Assembly (NCBI GenBank): GCA_963783375.1
Contig: CAWANH010000028.1
Coordinates: forward strand, 928,001 to 992,000
DNA: 64,000 nucleotides
Direction of reading: 5' to 3'
Origin: Candidatus Eiseniibacteriota bacterium
Lineage (GTDB): Bacteria; Eisenbacteria; RBG-16-71-46; JABDJR01
Below the pieces are notes generated by a model. The model was not told the origin of the DNA. It was given only the letters and a program-made list of their open reading frames with translations, and searched no databases. Numbering within the stretch: position 1 is the first letter of the stretch; each line of letters starts with the position of its first letter. This document shows positions 36,168-44,627 of this stretch, in pieces. The position numbers and the translations under genes are program-made.

Positions 36168-38675
36168 ATGATCGTGAAGAGGGCGATGACGAGAACGGCG
36201 GGGATCCGGCTGGCGGCCATGGCGATACTTCTCGCCGCGGCCGCCGGCGCCGCGGCGGCGGCGGAATGGGTCCCCCCCTACGAGCACTCCTTCTACCGCT
36301 TCGCGGCCGAGACCCAGGACGGGGCCTCGACCTTCCTGAACCCCGCCGGCCTGGCCGGTGGGGTGGGCACCAACCTCCTCCTGGAGCTCTCCGGGAACCA
36401 GGACGTCCTGGACGAGTTCGTGGGCGCCATGCAGGGGGGGCCGTGGGGTTTCGCCTACCGGCACCGGGACCTGACCGACGTTCCCCGTTCCAGCATCGAG
36501 GGTGACGCCGTCGTCGCCGACCCCTCCGACGCCGACCTCGACACCTACACCTTCGGGGCGGCGGTGGGCCCGCCGTTGATGAGGATCGGCGTCGCCCGGG
36601 TGTGGGGGAACGTGGACCGCCCGGGGAACGATCTCAGGACCTGGTCCTTCGGTCTCCAGTCGCGCCCCCTCCGCCAGCTCGCGTTCGGCCTCACGGTGGA
36701 GAACCCCGGCCATCCCCGCTACCTCGACGCCCGGCTCGATCCCCGCTACACCTACGGGGCGGCGATACGGCCGCTTCCCGGCTCCCCCGAGCTCCTCACC
36801 CTGAACGTGCAGGGAAGTCACGCCGACGGCTCGAGCCGGATCGACATGGCCTACGGGGCGCGGGTCCTGGCCCCCCGGGGGATCGAGGTGGCCCTGGCCG
36901 TCCACGACCGGAACGGGTTCTCCCCGGAGTTCGGCCTCTCGGTGACCGGGCATTTCGGAAACGGAGCGGCCTCGGCCCGGTCACGGAGCGTGAAGGGAAC
37001 CGGCGAGGACGTCCGGGGCTCGGTGGCGATCCAGGTCTACGACGAGTTCTGGCGGCGGTCGATGGCCGCGAAGCGGAGCGTGGCGGTTCTGCGACTCGAC
37101 GGAACCTACGAGGACACCGCCAGCGGCTTCGTGCTCCTGGGAGGGGAGACCCACGGCGCTCTCGACGTGATCCGCCGCATCCACGACGCGGCCGAGGATC
37201 CCGACGTGAGCGCTCTGGCCCTTCGGATCGGGAACGTCTCCGGGTCGTTCCTGGGCCCGGTGAGCGCCCAGACCGAGGAAATCCGCCATGCCCTGGTCGA
37301 CTTTCGCGGGAGCGGAAAGCCGGTCGTCGCCTACCTGGAGAACGTGGGGGGCGCCCCGGAGATGTACCTGGCCTCGGCCGCCGACCGCATCGTGATGCCC
37401 CCGCTGACCGGGGTCCAGGGAATCGGCGTGTCGGTGCACCTCACCCGCATGAAGCGGATGTTCGAGAAGATCGGGGTGGAGTGGGACGCCGACACCGCCG
37501 GGGTCTACAAGTCCACCTTCCACACCTGGTACACCGACTCCACCTCGGCCGCCCAGCGCGAGGAGATCGAGTCCCTGGTGGACGCGTCCTACCGTCACCT
37601 GATCGACACCATCCAGTCCGCGCGGGGGATAGCCGACCGGGACATGGCGGACATCGGGTCCGGCCGGATCGTCTTCCCCGAGGACTGCGTGCGGATGAAG
37701 CTGGTGGACCGGCTCGGCTGGTGGGACGACGCGCTCACCGAAGCGGGGGAACTCGCGGGCGGCCCCCCCGAAAAGAAGCCTCCGGCCATGCGGCTCCCCG
37801 ACCGCACCTATTGGAGCGAGCGATGGGTCCCGCCCCCCGCGGTGGCCCTGGTCCCGGTCTACGGGGACATCGCCTCGGGGAAGAGCGGCCGGAACTGGCT
37901 CCAGGGAGGTCGCACCATGGGCTCGGATACCGTGGTGGGGCAGCTTCGGGCCGCCGCCGCCTCCCCCGCGGTCCGGGCCGTCGTCCTGCGGGTGGACTCC
38001 GGCGGGGGGGCGGTTCTGGCCTCGGAGGAGATGCGGAAGGAGATCCGGCGGATCAAGAAGGAACGGAAGATCCCGATTCTGGTCTCCATGGGATCGGTGG
38101 CGGCGAGCGGCGGTTACTGGATCTCCATGGACGCCGACACCATCCTGGCCGACGCCATGACGGTGACCGGGAGCATCGGGGTGGTGTGGTCCCTGCCCGT
38201 GCTCCAGAACCTCTACGAAAGGGCCGGCCTGACCTCGGAGACCTTCAAGCGGGGGGAGCACACCGACATGTTCTCCTGGTATCGCCACTACACCCCCGAG
38301 GAAAAGCAGATGCTGGACGCCTCCCTCGACTACCTCTACGACGCCTTCGTCAAGGGGGTGGCGGAGGGCCGGGGCCTTCCCGAGGCCCGGGTCAGGGAGA
38401 TCGCCCAGGGGCGGGTGTACTTCGGGGATCGGGCCCGGGAACTCGGCTTGATCGACGGCATCGGGACGCTCGGGGACGCGGAGAGGGTGGCGGCGGCCAA
38501 GGCGGGGATCGCCGGCGACTATCGGGTGCTCACCTTCGGAGCGCCGGCGCGGACCGGCTTCCTGACCCGGATCCTGGCCCGGGCGGGGCTTCGTTCGCCC
38601 TTCCCCGAAGGTCTCCGGCTGCCGCTCTTCGCCGGCGGAACGGAACCGGCCCCCTCCCTCCCGCGGCTCCAGTAG
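36168..38675 (+). CDS. sppA: Signal peptide peptidase SppA (S49) with an N-terminal predicted beta-barrel domain
   Basis: Signal peptide; about 300 aa beta-rich region with NPAGLA; tandem S49 domains YLASAADRI, GVYKS, LRVDSGGG, SMGSVAASGGYW, TGSIGV, AQGRVYFG, GLID. Confidence 0.88.
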   Translation: MIVKRAMTRTAGIRLAAMAILLAAAAGAAAAAEWVPPYEHSFYRFAAETQDGASTFLNPAGLAGGVGTNLLLELSGNQDVLDEFVGAMQGGPWGFAYRHRDLTDVPRSSIEGDAVVADPSDADLDTYTFGAAVGPPLMRIGVARVWGNVDRPGNDLRTWSFGLQSRPLRQLAFGLTVENPGHPRYLDARLDPRYTYGAAIRPLPGSPELLTLNVQGSHADGSSRIDMAYGARVLAPRGIEVALAVHDRNGFSPEFGLSVTGHFGNGAASARSRSVKGTGEDVRGSVAIQVYDEFWRRSMAAKRSVAVLRLDGTYEDTASGFVLLGGETHGALDVIRRIHDAAEDPDVSALALRIGNVSGSFLGPVSAQTEEIRHALVDFRGSGKPVVAYLENVGGAPEMYLASAADRIVMPPLTGVQGIGVSVHLTRMKRMFEKIGVEWDADTAGVYKSTFHTWYTDSTSAAQREEIESLVDASYRHLIDTIQSARGIADRDMADIGSGRIVFPEDCVRMKLVDRLGWWDDALTEAGELAGGPPEKKPPAMRLPDRTYWSERWVPPPAVALVPVYGDIASGKSGRNWLQGGRTMGSDTVVGQLRAAAASPAVRAVVLRVDSGGGAVLASEEMRKEIRRIKKERKIPILVSMGSVAASGGYWISMDADTILADAMTVTGSIGVVWSLPVLQNLYERAGLTSETFKRGEHTDMFSWYRHYTPEEKQMLDASLDYLYDAFVKGVAEGRGLPEARVREIAQGRVYFGDRARELGLIDGIGTLGDAERVAAAKAGIAGDYRVLTFGAPARTGFLTRILARAGLRSPFPEGLRLPLFAGGTEPAPSLPRLQ

Positions 38676-38709
38676 CCGCCGGCGGGGACGCCGCCTCCGG
38701 CGGACGGGG

Positions 38710-39300
38710 CTACCGGAAGCGGAATCGCGCCTCGGGACCGTCCTCCTCGAACATGCCCAGGCTCGCCGCCCGCATGCGGGTGCGCGTCTCGTGCTCCAGG
38801 AGCTGGGTCTTGACGTCGAGCCCGTAGGCGTAGCCTCCCAACCGTCCCCCCGAGCCCACGACCCGGTGACAGGGAACGATGATGGGAATCGGGTTGGCCC
38901 CGTTGGCCCCGCCCACCGCCCGCACCGCCGAGGGCTGGCCGATGGACTGGGCGATCTCCTTGTAGGTCACGGTCTGGCCGTAGGGGATGTCGCGCAGGGC
39001 GTTCCAGACCCGGCGCTGGAAGGGGGTTCCCTGCTCCATGTCCAGGGGAAGCCGGAAGACGAGGCGATGGCCGGCGAAGTATTCCTCGAGCTGCTGCTTG
39101 ACCTCGGTGAACGGGGCCATGGCTTCGCGTCCCACCGAGCCATAGGTGCGCTCCACCTGGAACGGGAACCAGGCCGGATCCACCTTCAGGAAGACGGCGG
39201 CCAGGTGCTCCCCCCGGGCGACCAGACCCAGGGGCCCCAACGGGCTCTTCACCACGGTCCGCGTCAACGAAGGCTGGCTGAAATCGGCGGACAAACTCAT
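38710..39300 (-). CDS. ogt: Methylated-DNA--protein-cysteine S-methyltransferase
   Basis: QLEEYFAG, GTPFQRRVW, IPYGQTVTY, RAVGGANGANP, IVPCHRV active site; TTAGGAGG RBS before ATG 39300. Confidence 0.95.
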   Translation of the reverse strand: MSLSADFSQPSLTRTVVKSPLGPLGLVARGEHLAAVFLKVDPAWFPFQVERTYGSVGREAMAPFTEVKQQLEEYFAGHRLVFRLPLDMEQGTPFQRRVWNALRDIPYGQTVTYKEIAQSIGQPSAVRAVGGANGANPIPIIVPCHRVVGSGGRLGGYAYGLDVKTQLLEHETRTRMRAASLGMFEEDGPEARFRFR

Positions 39301-39502
39301 TACAATGCCTCCTAAAGTGACTTTCGAATGCATTATGAACCCATCCGGAAGGCAAACCAAGGACAAATCACCGTCCGGGAACCGGTTGACGGACCGCGGG
39401 TCCGGGGTCACCCTCTTGGTACTCCGCCGCGACCTCTTCGGTTCCCCCCCCCGGGACCCGCCGGGGACGTTCCGCGGAGCACCCCCTGGAGGATCGCGCT
39501 TC

Positions 39503-40301
39503 ATGCCCGCCCCCACGCGCTCGGACCTGATCGTCGCGCTCATCGCCGCCGGCCGGCGCCTCGACGCCCTGGGCCTGGTTCCGGCCCGGGACGGCAACCT
39601 CTCCGCGCGGCTTCCCCGCGGGGAGGGGACCCGGCGATCGCCTCCTCGTCACCGCCACCGGCCGGCGTAAGCGGGCGCTCACCGAAGCCGACTTCGTGGA
39701 GACGGACCTCGACGGCCGGGTTCACGGGCCGGGCCGCCCGAGCACCGAGATCGGCATGCATCTCGCCGTCTACCGCCTGCGTCCCGACGTGGGGGCGGTG
39801 GTCCATGCCCATCCCCCGGTGGCCGTCGGCTTCGCCAGCGCGGGCCTGGGCCTCACCGAGTGCCTCATGCCCGAGGTGGCGGTGAGCCTGGGCGCGGTTC
39901 CCCTCACCCCCTACGCCACTCCCGGCACTCCCGAGATCGAAGCGGCGATCGCCGAAACCGCCCGGGGCCACGAGGCCTTTCTCCTGGCCAACCACGGCGC
40001 GGTCACCCTCGGGGCCTCGGTGGACGAAGCGTTGGACCGCATGGAGACCCTGGAGCACTTCGCCCGCATCGCCCTGGTCACCCGTCTGCTGGGTGGGCCC
40101 AAGCCCTTGGGACGGGCGGACGTGGAGGCGCTGGAGGCCCTGCGCCGCCGGGCCGGCGACCTCCGGCCGGTGACCTGCGACCCGGCCGAGGGCCCCCGAG
40201 CCGCCTCCCCGATCCCCTCCGACCTCCCCTCCGATCTGGCCCTGACCGTGGCTGAGTCCGTTCGCGCAATCCTTGGCGAGTCGGTCCCGGATCGCGGTTA
40301 A
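39503..40301 (+). CDS. Class II aldolase/adducin family protein with an apparent +1 frameshift near 39620-39632
   Basis: N-part ...GLVPARDGNLSAR; other frame DRLLVTATG..PSTEIGMHLAVYRLRPDVGAVVHAHP..LLANHG..METLEHFA. The halves are offset by one base at GGGGAGGGGACCC. Confidence 0.82.
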
Positions 40302-40324
40302 CCTCCAGCCCCGCCCGCCGATAA
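40298..40324 (+). promoter_or_regulatory. Putative sigma28 promoter of the HEAT/HD-GYP operon
   Basis: TTAA-N15-GCCGATAA (consensus TAAA-N15-GCCGATAA). Confidence 0.55.
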
Positions 40325-40358
40325 CAACCTTCGGGACAAGAGGGTTCGTTTCAAGGCC

Positions 40359-42467
40359 TTGAGCACAGACAGGAAGACCGCCGTGGGTGATAGATTGCCC
40401 CTCGAGGAGGAGGGGAAGGACAGACTGTCCCTCGATTCCGGGGACCCGGCCTCCCGGCCGGAAGTGGACATCTTTCCCGCCGTCGAGAGCGGCGGTGACG
40501 GCTACGCCCTTGCCCCCGAGCTGCCCCCGATCGAACGGGGCGGCGTTCCCCAAGCCGGCTGGGGGGAGGGGGACGACGGGTTCTCTCCGGTGACCGAAGC
40601 GCGTCCCGCCGGCGATGCCGAGGAGCGCGAGGCCTACGGCCGGAGCCTGACCGGCTCCGCCGACGAGGCGCCGGCGACGGAGAGCGTGCTCAGCGACCAC
40701 ATCCTGGGTCTGGACGAGGACGAGACGGAGGAGGAGTCGCCGGGCGAGTCCACTCCCGAGGTCGCCCAGGTTCGCAAGCTCGCCCGCTCCCTCTCCAAGG
40801 CGGTCAAGGCGGTCCGGCTCTATCCGGTGGAGAACCCCATGTGCCGCCGGTTCGCCGATGATCTCGCCGATCGTATCACCGAGACCTTCAAGCTCATGGA
40901 TGCGCTCCGGCTCACCGTCGGGAAGACCAAGCTCTTCTTCACCGGCGAGACGGTTCTCCAGGAGGAAGGCCGCGACGACTCCGTTCCCGCGCGCCTCTTC
41001 TGGGACGGCATCCGGGAGATCTCCTTCCACGTGGGGATCACCCGTCAGGAAGTGCTCGACTTCCTGACCTTGTTCCGCAAGAGCGCGCTCAAGGTGGTGG
41101 ATGGGGAGGACGACTTCGTCACCCTCCTCTGGGAAGGGCGGTTCGAGCACATCACCTACATCGCCATCGACGACATTCTCGATTTCAACAACGCCGAGGA
41201 CCCGATTCCCGAGGAATTCGGGAAGGAGTACATGAACTACGTCGACCTGGAGATGCACAACCTCGAGGACGACGAGGAGACCGAGCGGGCGGCCAACGAA
41301 ATCGCCGAGCAGATCCGGGCCAAGATCCTGGCCGAGGACGATCCCGAGCTGTTCGGAATCAGCCGACAGGAGCGGGAGGCCCTCCTGGAGGAGATCGCCG
41401 AGGAGGAGTCCCCGCGCATCCTGGGCGACATCGTCCGTCTCATCTGCGAGACCCTCTTCCTGGAGAAGGACGAGGCCTCGTTCGTGAGCCTGGTTCAGGT
41501 TCTCTCCGGGGCCATGCTGGGGCTCATCGGGGAAGGGCGGCTCCGCGAGGCCGCCGAGATCATCAACATGCTGCGTGAAATCGGCGCGGACCGGGAGGAT
41601 CTCACCGCCGGCATGTCCACCGTGATCGAGGCCGGGCTCCGGGCCGCCTGGGACGACACCCGCTGCGAATCACTGGCCCGCCATCTCGACGCCGGTCGAA
41701 CCTCGGCCCTGGCTCCCCTGGAGCGCTTCATCCGGGTCCTCCCGGAGGAGGCCATCGGTTCGCTCTGCGAGGTGATGGGCCGGCTGGAGAGTCCCCGGGC
41801 CCGGCGGCGGCTCATCGCCGCCCTGATCGAGAAGGCGGAGGGCAACGTGGTTCCCTTCCTCCCGTTCCTGAAGGACGAGCGCTGGTTCCTGGTCCGGAAC
41901 GTGGCGATCATCCTGGGGGCGATGAAGAGCGATCAGGCGGTGACCCCTTTGAAGGAACTGCTGCGCCACCCCGATTTCCGGGTCCGGCGGGAGGCGCTCA
42001 GCGCCCTGAGCCAGGTCGGACGGGGACGGGCGATGGACGTCCTGGTGGAGTGCCTCTTCGACCCGGATCAGCGAATCCGGGCCGGGGCGGCGCGGAACCT
42101 CGCTCTGAGCGGGCGCCGTGCCGTGCCCAACCTCCTCCTCGTCGTCGAGGAAAAGGATTTCGACCAGCGCGACTTGAGCGAGAAGCGCGCGTTCTTCGAG
42201 GCCCTGGGCTTCGCGGGGGGGAAGGACTTGCTTCCCCTCATGCGCGACGTCCTCGGCCGGAGGAGCCTGTTCCGCCGGACCCAGACCGACGAGCTTCGGG
42301 CCTGCGCCTGTGAATCGTTGGGCTGGATCGGCGGCCCCGAAGCTCAGGAACTCCTCTCCCGGCACCTGGAAGACCGATCCATCCTTGTCCGCACCGCCGC
42401 CCAGTCCGGGCTCCGTCGGATCGCCAAGGGAAGCGGCGGGGAATCGATCGTCAAGGAGGCGGCCTGA
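40359..42467 (+). CDS. HEAT-repeat protein with acidic N-terminus and an unnamed N-terminal domain
   Basis: C-terminal HEAT repeats (LKDERWFLVRNVAIILG, HPDFRVRREALSAL, DPDQRIRAGAARNL, EDRSILVRTAA). Start uncertain. Confidence 0.82.
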   Translation: MSTDRKTAVGDRLPLEEEGKDRLSLDSGDPASRPEVDIFPAVESGGDGYALAPELPPIERGGVPQAGWGEGDDGFSPVTEARPAGDAEEREAYGRSLTGSADEAPATESVLSDHILGLDEDETEEESPGESTPEVAQVRKLARSLSKAVKAVRLYPVENPMCRRFADDLADRITETFKLMDALRLTVGKTKLFFTGETVLQEEGRDDSVPARLFWDGIREISFHVGITRQEVLDFLTLFRKSALKVVDGEDDFVTLLWEGRFEHITYIAIDDILDFNNAEDPIPEEFGKEYMNYVDLEMHNLEDDEETERAANEIAEQIRAKILAEDDPELFGISRQEREALLEEIAEEESPRILGDIVRLICETLFLEKDEASFVSLVQVLSGAMLGLIGEGRLREAAEIINMLREIGADREDLTAGMSTVIEAGLRAAWDDTRCESLARHLDAGRTSALAPLERFIRVLPEEAIGSLCEVMGRLESPRARRRLIAALIEKAEGNVVPFLPFLKDERWFLVRNVAIILGAMKSDQAVTPLKELLRHPDFRVRREALSALSQVGRGRAMDVLVECLFDPDQRIRAGAARNLALSGRRAVPNLLLVVEEKDFDQRDLSEKRAFFEALGFAGGKDLLPLMRDVLGRRSLFRRTQTDELRACACESLGWIGGPEAQELLSRHLEDRSILVRTAAQSGLRRIAKGSGGESIVKEAA

Positions 42468-43921
42468 TGGCTCTGGGCGAACACCTCTCCGCGAGCCTGT
42501 CCGAGGACCCCCAGACCCTGGGCCGGGAACTGGTGCGGGCGTTCCAGGTGGCGCTCCGCACCGCCCGCACCCACGGCTGGAACAACGAGGCCAGCCTGGC
42601 CGCGATGGAGGCCCTGGTCACCGCGGTCAACAACGTGGTCGCGGCCCGCGGGGATTTCGGACTCCACGTGGCCAGCGATTTCCTGTATCTCGACGACGCG
42701 CGGCTCCGCGTGGACACGGCCGGCTACGGGTTCATGGAGGTCCTGATCGGCGAGCTGACCACCCGGGGAGTGGGGAGTCTGTTCATCTCGAGTCGGACCA
42801 CCGCGGACCAGGTCCGCCAGCTGGTGGACGTCCTGAACGAGCAGTCGGTGGGAGACGAGGAGACCGCCGCCCTCATCAACCAGAAACTGGACTCGTTCGA
42901 GTCGCCGTTCGCGGTGGGTCCGGTCCGGGAGATGAACGATCTCCTGAGCCTCGAGACCCAGCAGGTGGACCGGCGGGAGCGGTGCAAGAAGGCGTTCTTC
43001 AAGGCGGTCACCGTGACCAAGGCGATCATGGCCCAGGCCCATCTGGGAAAGCGGCTGGAGCTCCGGCACGCCAAGCGGGTGGTGCAGGACATGGTCGATC
43101 TCATGATGGACGAGGAGTTCACCCTGCTCGGCCTCACCACCCTGAAATCCCACGACAACTACACGTTCTATCACTCGGTGAACGTCTGCATCTACTCCCT
43201 GGCCCTGGCCAAGCGGGCCGGCTTCACCCGCACCCAGCTGGCCGAGCTGGGGGTGGCCGCGCTCTTCCACGATCTCGGCAAGTCCAAGATCCCCCTCGAA
43301 ATCCTGCGCAAGCCGGGGGCGTTCACCGCCGGGGAGTGGGACGTCATGAAGACCCATCCCGAGATGGGGGTGAAGGAGCTGGTCCGGATGCGGGGGCTGT
43401 CCGCCCTGGCCTTCAAGTCCATGCTGGCCTGCTTCGAGCATCACCTGAACTACAATCAGGCTCCCGGGGGCTACCCCCGGTTGCGCAAGCCCTATCGTCC
43501 CCATCCCATCGGTCGGATCGTGGCCGTGGCTGACGCCTTCGACGCCATGACCACCAAGCGGGTCTACGTCAAGAAGGCCACCCCGCGGGACAAGGCGCTC
43601 TCGTACATGATGAGCCAGGCGGGGAGCAAGTTCGATCCGGTACTCATGCGGCTCTTCGCCAACATGATCGGGGTCTTCCCGGTGGGGACCGCGGTCCGGC
43701 TCAAGAGCGGCCGCTTGGCCGTGGTGCTCGCGGTGGCCGAAGACTCGAACCTCTGCCACCGGCCGGTGGTGCGGCCGGTCACCGACGAGAACGGAATCCA
43801 GCGGGAGTACCCGGAAATCGACCTCTCCAAGAAGGGCGCCGAAGGCGCCTATCCGGACGAGGTCCAGGCCACCGTGGACGCGGAGGCCCTCGGGCTCGAC
43901 ATCTCCAAGTATTTCATCTAA
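42467..43921 (+). CDS. HD-GYP domain cyclic-dinucleotide phosphodiesterase
   Basis: HDNYTFYHSVNV, LFHDLGK, KPGAFT..EW..MKTHP, EHH, GGYP, IVAVADAFDAMTTKRVY, KFDP; translationally coupled to the HEAT gene. Confidence 0.92.
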   Translation: MALGEHLSASLSEDPQTLGRELVRAFQVALRTARTHGWNNEASLAAMEALVTAVNNVVAARGDFGLHVASDFLYLDDARLRVDTAGYGFMEVLIGELTTRGVGSLFISSRTTADQVRQLVDVLNEQSVGDEETAALINQKLDSFESPFAVGPVREMNDLLSLETQQVDRRERCKKAFFKAVTVTKAIMAQAHLGKRLELRHAKRVVQDMVDLMMDEEFTLLGLTTLKSHDNYTFYHSVNVCIYSLALAKRAGFTRTQLAELGVAALFHDLGKSKIPLEILRKPGAFTAGEWDVMKTHPEMGVKELVRMRGLSALAFKSMLACFEHHLNYNQAPGGYPRLRKPYRPHPIGRIVAVADAFDAMTTKRVYVKKATPRDKALSYMMSQAGSKFDPVLMRLFANMIGVFPVGTAVRLKSGRLAVVLAVAEDSNLCHRPVVRPVTDENGIQREYPEIDLSKKGAEGAYPDEVQATVDAEALGLDISKYFI

Positions 43922-43996
43922 TTGGAATCCTGGTCGACTTTGCGGGGAGGGGGGGCGCCGGGCCTCCCTCCCCCTAATGCATCCTCCTCCCTCAGC

Positions 43997-44025
43997 TTGA
44001 CAGCTTCTCCCCCCTCCCCTATCCT
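43997..44025 (+). promoter_or_regulatory. Putative sigma70 promoter
   Basis: TTGACA-N17-TATCCT within a pyrimidine-rich intergenic stretch. Confidence 0.6.
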
Positions 44026-44119
44026 TCGCAGTCGCTTTCGCTCTCCCCCTCTCAGGCTGCCGAGGCAGTTCTCTTTATTCCTCACAGTTCCATGACGACG
44101 ATCCAGGGAGGATCTCCTG

Positions 44120-44593
44120 GTGCACATACGGCGAACGGCCATCGGATTCCTGGCCTCGATGCTGGTCCTGGCGGCGGCCGGATGCACGAAGCTGGTGCCG
44201 GCGTCCATCAGCGACTTCGGAGCGGAGAAGACCGTGGTGGTCACCCTGCGGGATGGCGAGACCATCAAGGGGCACCTGGCTCGGGGAGAGCAAGTGACCT
44301 TCACCACCTTCGGCCGGGTCTACCGCGCCACCGTCGAGGAGGCGGACGAAACCGGTATCGTATTGTCCAAGCCGTACATCCAGGAGGAGTACGAGCGCTA
44401 CCGCATCCAGCGCGAACGGATGGAGGGCGCGGCGCTCCATATCCGCGACGAGACCGAACGCATCACCATTCCCGCCTACAAGATCGTCAAGGTGGACGAG
44501 GTGGCGATCGACAAGATGAAGTCCGCCCGGGCCGGGGGGTTCTGGGGGTTCACCGTCTTCGTCTTGGCCAAGATCATGAGTGCTCGGCTCTAA
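44120..44593 (+). CDS. Uncharacterised lipoprotein with a C-terminal hydrophobic helix
   Basis: GGGAGG RBS, GTG start, lipobox LAAAG-C; VVVTLRDGETIKG (Sm-like by eye); C-terminal GGFWGFTVFVLA. Confidence 0.7.
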   Translation: MHIRRTAIGFLASMLVLAAAGCTKLVPASISDFGAEKTVVVTLRDGETIKGHLARGEQVTFTTFGRVYRATVEEADETGIVLSKPYIQEEYERYRIQRERMEGAALHIRDETERITIPAYKIVKVDEVAIDKMKSARAGGFWGFTVFVLAKIMSARL

Positions 44594-44627
44594 CGGGCTT
44601 CGTGACCGCCGAGTGGAGGGTCCTGCC

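Noticed and set aside
43922-44090. Pyrimidine-rich tract as ncRNA or simple repeat
   Set aside because: No periodicity or recognisable RNA family; it contains an ordinary sigma70 promoter.
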